Shown: one piece after another, positions 20,050 through 27,484 of the stretch
Numbering within the stretch: position 1 is the first letter of the stretch
How the letters are laid out: each line of letters opens with the position of its first letter
Assembly (NCBI GenBank): GCA_964437465.1
Contig: CAYTGI010000001.1
Coordinates: 5,614-69,613, forward strand
DNA length: 64,000 bases
Reading direction: 5' to 3'
Source of the DNA: an uncultured Candidatus Saccharibacteria bacterium
GTDB lineage: Bacteria; Patescibacteriota; Dojkabacteria; J137
Notes under the pieces: generated by a model
Told to the model about the DNA's origin: nothing
Seen by the model: the letters and a program-made list of their open reading frames with translations, nothing else
Database searches by the model: none
Translations under genes and position numbers: made by a program

Positions 20050-21378
20050 ATGGAAGATTCTGTTATATTAACGATTTTTGGTGCCACTGGTGATTTAGTA
20101 AGAAAGAAAATTATTCCTGCTTTATACACTTTATACGAAGAAGAAAAACTACCTTCTAAAATTAAAATTTTAGGGTTCGCAAGAAGAGATTTTACAGGAG
20201 GAAAATATAATAATTTTATTAATGAATCACTTCACAAGATTTTAAAGGTTGATGATCCAAATCCTGGATTTTATGATCTTTTTGAGTACGTTCAGGGTGA
20301 TTTAGATAATGATGAAGGATTTAAAAAACTTGAGGAAGCAATTAAGAAACATGACGAGATTTGTAGAGAAAACTGCGTAAAACTTTTTTACTACTCAATT
20401 CAACAAAGCTTTTATGAACCTGTAACTGAACAAATTGCTAAATTTGATATGCCTAAAGATAACTTTAGATTACTAATTGAGAAACCATACGGGCACGATA
20501 CCCAGTCTGCGTCTGAGCTTGATCAGAAAATGAAACATCATTTTGAAGAAGATCAGCTTTACAGAATTGATCACTACATGCACAAAAAAATTGTGAGACA
20601 GATCTTAGATTTCCGATTTGAGAATTCAATTATTAAATCAGTTTGGAAACCATCTGAGATTAATAAGGTTGTTATCTCAACAAAAGAAGATTTTGGTGCA
20701 GAAGGAAGAGGGGCGTTTTACGATGCCCTAGGCGCATTAAAAGATGTTGGTCAGAATCATCTTCTTGCTATTGCCTCACTAATTCTAATGGAAGAGTTCA
20801 AAGATGAGAGTTCTGAACATTTCATTGAAAGAAGAGCAAAAGCACTTCAAAGCTTTAAACCTTTTGAAAACGATGAACAGATAAAAGAAAATACTTTCAG
20901 AGCTCAATATCAAGGTTACAAAGAGATAGAAAATGTAGATCCAGATTCAACTAGGGAAACTTATTTCAAAGTTAAACTCTTTTCATCAAAAGAAGGTTGG
21001 GGAGAAATTCCATTTATTTTAGAAGCAGGAAAAAAACTTGATAAACATATGAAAGAGGTTAAGGTTTATTTTGAAACGAATGTAATCTTTTTTGAATTTC
21101 ATCCAAACGATCAAATTTGTATTGGGCTACATTCTAATGAAGAAAAAGAAACATGTTTATACAAAATGGAAAATGAGTCTCGAAAATATCAATATGTTTC
21201 TGAGTACGCATTAGTTATTGAGGAAGCAATCCAAGGTAAAAGAGATTTCTTTGTTAGCATTAATGAGGTACTTGCTCAGTGGAGTATTGTTGATTCTATC
21301 GAAGATGGGTGGATGCGAGATTTGGTTCCTTTAGTTGAGTATGAGCAAGGAACTACACCGAGAAGTGATATTAATTAA
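20050..21378 (+). CDS. zwf: Glucose-6-phosphate 1-dehydrogenase
   Basis: IFGATGDL, IEKPYG, RIDHYM.K, DVGQNHL and ETY motifs. Confidence 0.93.
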   Translation: MEDSVILTIFGATGDLVRKKIIPALYTLYEEEKLPSKIKILGFARRDFTGGKYNNFINESLHKILKVDDPNPGFYDLFEYVQGDLDNDEGFKKLEEAIKKHDEICRENCVKLFYYSIQQSFYEPVTEQIAKFDMPKDNFRLLIEKPYGHDTQSASELDQKMKHHFEEDQLYRIDHYMHKKIVRQILDFRFENSIIKSVWKPSEINKVVISTKEDFGAEGRGAFYDALGALKDVGQNHLLAIASLILMEEFKDESSEHFIERRAKALQSFKPFENDEQIKENTFRAQYQGYKEIENVDPDSTRETYFKVKLFSSKEGWGEIPFILEAGKKLDKHMKEVKVYFETNVIFFEFHPNDQICIGLHSNEEKETCLYKMENESRKYQYVSEYALVIEEAIQGKRDFFVSINEVLAQWSIVDSIEDGWMRDLVPLVEYEQGTTPRSDIN

Positions 21379-21383
21379 GAGTC

Positions 21384-21458
21384 AAATCCTAAATTCTAAT
21401 ATCTAAATTCTAAAAACGAACTAATATTGCATCATATTTTTCTTGCAACTAGCGACTA
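21384..21458. repeat. Heptamer tandem repeats in the zwf-gnd gap
   Basis: aaatcct-aaattct-aatatct-aaattct (21384-21411) and gcaacta-gcgacta (21445-21458). Confidence 0.55.
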
Positions 21459-21482
21459 TAATAGTTATTAATTAAATATTTT

Positions 21483-22391
21483 ATGAAAAAGCAAATTGGA
21501 ATAATAGGTTTAGGTAAGATGGGAAAAGGTGTAGCTCTTAATCTTGCTGATGATGGATGGGAAGTTATAGCCTACAACAGAACTGAATCAGTTACTAAAG
21601 AAGTTGAAGAACAATCAGAAAATATAACAGGAGCTTATAGTTATGAAGAATTAGTTAATCAGCTTGATGGTCCTAGAGTGTTATGGATAATGGTTCCTGC
21701 TGGAGATCCTACAAGACAAGTTGTTAGTGATGTTTTACCTTTACTTGAAGAAGAAGATATTATTATAGATGCTGCTAATTCCTACTTTAAGGATACTTTA
21801 GAAATGTCTAAAAGGATTACTGAAAAAGGGGTTAAATTCATGGATTGTGGAGTTTCAGGAGGCCCAAGTGGTGCGAGAAATGGAGCTTGTTTAATGATTG
21901 GAGGAGATCAGGAAACATATAAATATTTAGAAGAATTATTTCAAGATGTTGCTGATGACGAAGCTTATCAATTTTTCCCTGGAATTGCTGCGGGGCATTT
22001 CGTCAAAATGGTACATAACGGAATTGAATATGGAATGATGCAAGCAATTGCTGAAGGTTTTGATGTGATGAAAAATTCAGAGTTTGACCTTGATTTAAAA
22101 GATGTTGCAAGAATCTATAGTAAACGAAGTGTAATCGAGTCTAGACTTATTGACTGGATGCTTAAAGGTTTTGAAACTTATGGTGAAGATCTTGATGAAG
22201 TGTCAGGAAGCGCCTCTCATAGTGGTGAAGGGGAATGGACTATAAAAACAGCTAAAGAAATGGGCATACCTGTAAATGTAATTGAAGATTCGCTAAATGC
22301 GAGAATTAAATCTCAGGAAAACCCTAGCTATCAAGGCAAAATTATTTCAGCATTAAGAAATATGTTTGGAGGGCATTCTATCGATAATTAA
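21483..22391 (+). CDS. gnd: 6-phosphogluconate dehydrogenase, decarboxylating (short form)
   Basis: IGLGKMG, MVPAG, GVSGG, GHFVKMVHNGIEYG, SGEG.W and R..FGGH motifs. Confidence 0.95.
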   Translation: MKKQIGIIGLGKMGKGVALNLADDGWEVIAYNRTESVTKEVEEQSENITGAYSYEELVNQLDGPRVLWIMVPAGDPTRQVVSDVLPLLEEEDIIIDAANSYFKDTLEMSKRITEKGVKFMDCGVSGGPSGARNGACLMIGGDQETYKYLEELFQDVADDEAYQFFPGIAAGHFVKMVHNGIEYGMMQAIAEGFDVMKNSEFDLDLKDVARIYSKRSVIESRLIDWMLKGFETYGEDLDEVSGSASHSGEGEWTIKTAKEMGIPVNVIEDSLNARIKSQENPSYQGKIISALRNMFGGHSIDN

Positions 22392-22395
22392 AAAA

Positions 22396-22479
22396 TAATA
22401 ATTATTAATTAAAAATTTTTAGATAAAGTCTGATAATGTAGTTGAGCTCTATCATTATTAATTCTTAATCATTAATTAA
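22396..22479. repeat. AT-rich repeats in the gnd-tal gap
   Basis: The 20-mer taataattattaattaaaaa (22396-22415) is identical to 36701-36720; heptamers taattct-taatcat-taattaa at 22459-22479. Confidence 0.45.
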
Positions 22480-22523
22480 TAAACTCCTTGTTTTCAATTT
22501 TAGTTTTAACTAAACTATAGTAT

Positions 22524-23432
22524 ATGATCTTTTCAAATCGACCAGAAAACTTTAAATCAGGTATTTTTTTAGATAGTGGGGACCCAAATGAGACTAGAAT
22601 GGTTCTTGATGAGCTTGGCTTCATTGATGGTCAAACGACTAATCCATCTTTAGTAGCTAGAAATCCAGAGATTGCTGCAAAATTTGATAACGGTGAGAAG
22701 CTAACTTCTGATGAGCTTTTAGCTGAATATAGAAAGATCGTACAAGAAATATCAGGGCTAATACCGGGAAGATCTGTTTCGATTGAAGTATATGCTGACG
22801 CTGAAACTTCTGCTGAAGAAATGATCTCACAAGCAGAAGAAATGTATACATGGATTGATTCTGCTCACATAAAGTTACCTACTACACCTGGAGGATTGAA
22901 AGCAGCTAGATATTTAACTGAAAAAGATTTTCGGGTGAACATGACATTAGTGTTTAAGCAAGAGCAAGCGGCTGCAGTTCATAGTGCAACTACAGGAGTA
23001 AAAAGAGGAAATGTTTTTTTATCTCCATTTATCGGAAGACTTGATGATTTAGGGCTTAGAGGAATGGACGTAGCAGGAAATATCTTAAAGATGTATAGAG
23101 ATCAAGGCTCTCACGTAGAAGTACTAGCTGCAAGTATAAGGAGTTTAGATCATTTGTTGTTCTTACTTTTTATGCAAACAGATATTATTACTGTTCCATA
23201 TAAAGTACTGAAAAAGTGGATAAGAATAGGAGCACCATACCCAGATAGAAATGATATGGATGTTTACAAAAGAGTTGATGAAATGGAATTCTTTTTTGGA
23301 GAAGATTTACAACAAATTCCTTTTGAAAGAATCGATATGGATAATGATTTTGGTAGCTACAATATTCAACATAAATTAACTGAAGTTGGACTACAAAGAT
23401 TTGCAGAAGATTGGAATAAATTAATTACATAG
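22524..23432 (+). CDS. tal: Transaldolase
   Basis: FLDS, GQTTNPSL, VSIEV, HIKLP.T, VNMTLVF, SPFIGRLDD and LAASIR motifs. Confidence 0.93.
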   Translation: MIFSNRPENFKSGIFLDSGDPNETRMVLDELGFIDGQTTNPSLVARNPEIAAKFDNGEKLTSDELLAEYRKIVQEISGLIPGRSVSIEVYADAETSAEEMISQAEEMYTWIDSAHIKLPTTPGGLKAARYLTEKDFRVNMTLVFKQEQAAAVHSATTGVKRGNVFLSPFIGRLDDLGLRGMDVAGNILKMYRDQGSHVEVLAASIRSLDHLLFLLFMQTDIITVPYKVLKKWIRIGAPYPDRNDMDVYKRVDEMEFFFGEDLQQIPFERIDMDNDFGSYNIQHKLTEVGLQRFAEDWNKLIT

Positions 23433-23434
23433 AA

Positions 23435-23464
23435 TGTAGGGACAAACCATGGTTTGTCCCTACA
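23435..23464. repeat. Perfect 30-bp palindrome, GTAG-type REP-like element
   Basis: TGTAGGGACAAACCA/TGGTTTGTCCCTACA, with GTAG...CTAC ends and no U-tract, between co-directional genes. Confidence 0.8.
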
Positions 23465-23472
23465 GCCATAAT

Positions 23473-24336
23473 ATGAAGCACACTGGGCAAGAGTTAATCC
23501 AAAAAGCATACGAAATAAGAAAAGACATAATTGATATGTTGTTGGAAGCTGGCTCTGGACATTCAGCTGGACCTTTAGGAATGGCTGATATATTCACTGC
23601 TTTGTATTTTGAAGTATTAAATCATGATCCAAATAATCCAGGAATGCCAGAACGTGACAAAGTAGTTTTATCAAATGGTCATATTTGTCCAGTTTGGTAC
23701 GCTACACTTGCACATGCAGGGTACTTTCCAAGAGAAGAGCTAATGACTTTAAGAAAGATTGATTCACGATTACAAGGTCATCCAAATAGATTAGATACTC
23801 CAGGTGTTGAAAATTCTAGTGGTCCATTAGGACAAGGTTTTTCACAAGCGATAGGTATGGCATTAGCTGATATGTTAGAAGGTAGAAAATCAACAACCTA
23901 CGTTTTACTTGGAGATGGAGAATTAAACGAGGGTCAGTGTTGGGAGGCGTTTATGTTTGCTGGTAATTATCCACTGCACCATTTAACCGCAATTATAGAT
24001 AGAAATAATATTCAAATTGATGGTCATACAGAAAATGTTATGAGATTGGAGCCACTAAAAGAAAAAATTGAATCATTTAATTGGCACGTTTTAGAAATTG
24101 ATGGACATAATATGGAAGCGATTGTTGATGCTTGCAATCATGCTAAATCAGTTTGGGAAAGGCCTACAGCAATTATCGCGAATACAATTCCTGGAAAAGG
24201 TGTTGATTTTATGGAATGGAAACCTGAGTGGCATGGAAAACCACCAAAAGAAGACGAAGCAGAAGAAGCAGATAAGGAATTACTTGATACATTAAATTAT
24301 TTAAGAACATTGAGAGGGAATATTGAGTTTGAATAA
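23473..24336 (+). CDS. tkt: Transketolase, N-terminal (TPP-binding) subunit
   Basis: SGH, LSNGH, LQGHP, GPLGQG and GDGELNEG motifs. Start moved to 23473 because ATG 23449 lies inside the palindrome. Confidence 0.95.
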   Translation: MKHTGQELIQKAYEIRKDIIDMLLEAGSGHSAGPLGMADIFTALYFEVLNHDPNNPGMPERDKVVLSNGHICPVWYATLAHAGYFPREELMTLRKIDSRLQGHPNRLDTPGVENSSGPLGQGFSQAIGMALADMLEGRKSTTYVLLGDGELNEGQCWEAFMFAGNYPLHHLTAIIDRNNIQIDGHTENVMRLEPLKEKIESFNWHVLEIDGHNMEAIVDACNHAKSVWERPTAIIANTIPGKGVDFMEWKPEWHGKPPKEDEAEEADKELLDTLNYLRTLRGNIEFE

Positions 24337-24343
24337 CTCAATT

Positions 24344-24374
24344 TCCTCCCCCACCCCATCCTGCTAGGAGGGGA
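24344..24374 (+). repeat. Solo degenerate copy of the DUF559-associated hairpin repeat
   Basis: tcctcccccaccccatcctgctaggagggga resembles tctacctcccctaacccctcctgctaggaggggga at 26755 and 27241. Confidence 0.8.
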
Positions 24375-24397
24375 GCTTATATAACAAAAAACTAAAA

Positions 24398-25390
24398 ATG
24401 ATACCGGACATGCGATTACAAAATGAGTGGTGGAATCCAGATAATCTGGAGAATAAACCTACGAGAGATGGGTATGGAGATTGTCTAGTTGAGCTCGGAC
24501 GAGAAAATAAGGATATAGTAGCTTTAAGTGCGGACTTAACAGAATCTACAAGAACTCATTACTTTGCTGAAGAATTTCCTGATCGTTTTTTTCAAACAGG
24601 TATTGCTGAACAGAACATGATGGGGATTGCTGCAGGACTTGCTTTAAATGGAAAAATTCCCTTCGCTGCAAGTTACGCAGTTTTTTCTCCTGGAAGAAAT
24701 TGGGATCAGTTTAGAGTAAGTGTTTGCTATTCAAAAGCTAATGTAAAAATAATTGGAGGTCATGCGGGGCTTTCAGTTGGACCAGATGGAGCTACTCACC
24801 AGGCACTTGAAGATATCGCAATCACAAGAGTATTACCAAACTTAACAGTTATTGTTCCAGCTGATTATGAACAGGCAAAAAAAGCAACTAGAGAAGCAGC
24901 TTTTATGGACGGACCGGTTTATATTAGAGTAAGTAGAGATAAAACTCCAAACTTTACATCTGTCGATACTCCGTTTCAAATTGGTAAAGGACAAGTTCTG
25001 TATAGTGGGGATGATGTAACTATTTTCGCTACTGGTTTAATGGTTCATAAAGCTCTACTCGCAGCAAGAGAACTCCAAGATGAAGGTGTAAGTTGTGAGG
25101 TAATTAATCTTCATACAATAAAACCAATAGATATAGATGCTGTAATAGCTTCAGTTCTTAAAACTAAAGCAGCAGTAACAGTAGAAGAACATCAGGTTAC
25201 TGGAGGTTTAGGAAGTGCAGTTTCTGAAGTGATCTCACAACAACACCCAGTTCCAATTGAAATGGTTGGGGTTAAGGATACTTTTGGGGAATCAGGAAAG
25301 ACGAATGAGCTTTTTGTAAAATACGGACTTGATGTGGAAAATATAAAAAATGCTGCAAAGACTTCAATTGCTCGAAAAGAAAATTCTTAG
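24398..25390 (+). CDS. tkt: Transketolase, C-terminal subunit
   Basis: ADL..ST, GIAEQNM, GPDGATHQ, TIKPID and EEH...GGLGSAV motifs. Confidence 0.95.
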   Translation: MIPDMRLQNEWWNPDNLENKPTRDGYGDCLVELGRENKDIVALSADLTESTRTHYFAEEFPDRFFQTGIAEQNMMGIAAGLALNGKIPFAASYAVFSPGRNWDQFRVSVCYSKANVKIIGGHAGLSVGPDGATHQALEDIAITRVLPNLTVIVPADYEQAKKATREAAFMDGPVYIRVSRDKTPNFTSVDTPFQIGKGQVLYSGDDVTIFATGLMVHKALLAARELQDEGVSCEVINLHTIKPIDIDAVIASVLKTKAAVTVEEHQVTGGLGSAVSEVISQQHPVPIEMVGVKDTFGESGKTNELFVKYGLDVENIKNAAKTSIARKENS

Positions 25391-25399
25391 ATAAAAACT

Positions 25400-26725
25400 A
25401 TGGATAAACCTATTTTTAATTTCAAAGGCTCAATTGAGTTTGATGAAAGGGTAGTTGTTGCTGAAGGTAATAATCTAAGGAAATATATAGAAGTTCTTCA
25501 AGATATTGTTGCTTCAAAAGAATATTTAGAAGATGAGGCTTCATTATCCTTACCTGGAGATGAGGGTATCTTACATAGTTCTCTTCACTTAGCTAATGAG
25601 TATAAAGCAGAAAACCTTAAGTATGTTTTCGTTGTTGGGATTGGGGGTTCAAACTTAGGTACACAAGCGATTTACACTGCTTTAAGGGGGCAGTTTGATT
25701 ATTTAGAGCATACATTTCCAAAAATCATTTTTATAGATGCTGTGTCCTATAAAAATTTAAATCAGATTAACCGAGTTATTGATGATGAGGGAATTAATGC
25801 TGAAGATTTTGTAATTTTTGCGATCTCAAAATCTGGAGGTACTTCAGAAACTATCGCTAACACAAATTTTCTAATTCAAGTTTTAGATCAATATTTAGAA
25901 ATTGAACCAGTAAGGGATAGGCTAATTGTTATTACTGACGAGGGATCAAAATTCTGGGAAAGAGCGGAGAAAGAAAATATTGATAAATTACCAATTCCTA
26001 AAAAAGTAGGTGGAAGGTATTCAGTTTTTTCTAATGTAGGAATTGCTCCATTGAGCTTTATTTTTGGTGAAGACCTCAAAGATTTGATCCATGGAGCTAG
26101 AGTTGCGTTAGAAGATTGTATACAATTTGAGTTTGAATCTAATCCAGCTTTACAATCTGCTTTAGTTACTAATCTTTATCTTCAAAAAGGAACAAGAATT
26201 AATAATAATTTTTTCTTTGATCCAAATTTAGAATATGTTGGAAAATGGTATAGGCAGTTAATGGGAGAGAGTATTGGTAAAGAGAGAAGTATTAAGAATA
26301 AAATTGTTCATGCTGGAATAACTCCAATTGTGAGTATTGGTTCAACTGATCTACACTCAATGGCGCAACTTTATATTGGCGGACCAAATGATAAGTTAAC
26401 TAACTTCGTTTACGTTGATGAAGAAGATGATTTGAAGGTAAGTGAGTACGCTATAACAAAAGATTTAGTTGATGATTTAGAAGGCAAGTCTGCTTATGAA
26501 ATTAATAAAGCAATATATGAAGGAGTTAAAAAGGCATATATAAAAAACGAAAGACCATTTGTAGAGGTAGTTTTCCTTAGGGTAAGTTTATTTACACTAG
26601 GTTACTATCTTCAATTTAAAATGGTTGAGATGATGTATTTAGCAAATTTAATGAATTTAAATGCATTCGATCAGCCTAATGTTGAGGATTATAAGGAGGA
26701 GACTAGAAAATTGTTGAAAGGGTGA
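25400..26725 (+). CDS. pgi: Glucose-6-phosphate isomerase
   Basis: GIGGSNLG, SKSGGT.ET, VGGRYSV, QL.GES.GK, DLHS..Q and FDQPNVE.YK motifs. Confidence 0.95.
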   Translation: MDKPIFNFKGSIEFDERVVVAEGNNLRKYIEVLQDIVASKEYLEDEASLSLPGDEGILHSSLHLANEYKAENLKYVFVVGIGGSNLGTQAIYTALRGQFDYLEHTFPKIIFIDAVSYKNLNQINRVIDDEGINAEDFVIFAISKSGGTSETIANTNFLIQVLDQYLEIEPVRDRLIVITDEGSKFWERAEKENIDKLPIPKKVGGRYSVFSNVGIAPLSFIFGEDLKDLIHGARVALEDCIQFEFESNPALQSALVTNLYLQKGTRINNNFFFDPNLEYVGKWYRQLMGESIGKERSIKNKIVHAGITPIVSIGSTDLHSMAQLYIGGPNDKLTNFVYVDEEDDLKVSEYAITKDLVDDLEGKSAYEINKAIYEGVKKAYIKNERPFVEVVFLRVSLFTLGYYLQFKMVEMMYLANLMNLNAFDQPNVEDYKEETRKLLKG

Positions 26726-26754
26726 AGTCTATAAGATTCCAACGAAGCTAATAG

Positions 26755-26834
26755 TCTACCTCCCCTAACCCCTCCTGCTAGGAGGGGGAAGTTGAGTTTC
26801 CTCCCCTAGCAGGGGAGGACTAAGGTGGGGTAGA
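26755..26834. repeat. Inverted doublet of hairpin repeats (REPIN-like) upstream of DUF559
   Basis: Copy 1 (+, 26755-26790) has stem CCCCTCCT-GCT-AGGAGGGG. Copy 2 (-, 26798-26834) reads TCTACC...CCTCCCCT-GCT-AGGGGAGG. Confidence 0.9.
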
Positions 26835-26880
26835 ATGTTTTACTACACTTCTTTGTTTTACTTCCCCAATTTTTATCTTT

Positions 26881-27267
26881 ATGATTCCTTATTACAATAA
26901 AAGTAAACTGAATTTCTCCAAGAAAAAGAGGAAAGATGAAACCTATGCTGAAATGAAACTTTGGTCAGAATTAAAAGGAAAAAAATTACTGGGATATAAA
27001 TTTAGAAGACAATATGTAATAGATAAATACATAGTTGATTTTTATTGTATTGAACTAAAATTAATTATTGAGGTAGATGGGGCAAGTCATGATGAAGAAA
27101 AGTATGAGTATGATAAGAAAAGAGAAAATGAACTAAGAAGGTTAGGGAACACAGTATTAAGATTTACTGAATATGAAGTTAGGAGTGATATTGATAATGT
27201 TTTGGAAACTATTGTTTATTTAATAGAAAAGTTTGAACAATCTACCTCCCCTAACCCCTCCTGCTAG
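26881..27267 (+). CDS. DUF559 / Vsr-like endonuclease domain protein
   Basis: T.AE..LW..L, GYKFRRQ, YIVDFYC, LIIEVDG..H, D..R...L...G..VLRF motifs. Confidence 0.92.
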   Translation: MIPYYNKSKLNFSKKKRKDETYAEMKLWSELKGKKLLGYKFRRQYVIDKYIVDFYCIELKLIIEVDGASHDEEKYEYDKKRENELRRLGNTVLRFTEYEVRSDIDNVLETIVYLIEKFEQSTSPNPSC

Positions 27268-27396
27268 GAGGGGGACATGACTTTCATTAAATTACTCCCC
27301 TGCTAGGGAGGAAATATACTCACTTTATAAGTTCATGTTCAAATTGCTAGGAGGGGAAGCAATAATCTACCGAATACTCTCCTGCTAGAAGGGGGA
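27241..27396 (+). repeat. Array of four hairpin repeats (one intact, three degenerate) downstream of DUF559
   Basis: 27241-27275 is identical to 26755-26789; TGCTAG cores at 27262, 27301, 27345 and 27383. Confidence 0.88.
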
Positions 27397-27484
27397 CGTA
27401 ATGTAGTCTAGTACTTTCTTAATAAATCCTTGTAAACTATCTCTATCCTCTTTAGAATGAAAATATATTATTAAAAATCTTCTT

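Noticed and set aside
23449-23472. Longer transketolase start MVCPYSHN
   Set aside because: That ATG is the centre of the 30-bp palindrome; ATG 23473 matches the family start better.
27241-27396. CRISPR array
   Set aside because: Units are strongly degenerate, irregularly spaced (38-44 nt period), occur inverted and solo elsewhere, and no cas genes are present.
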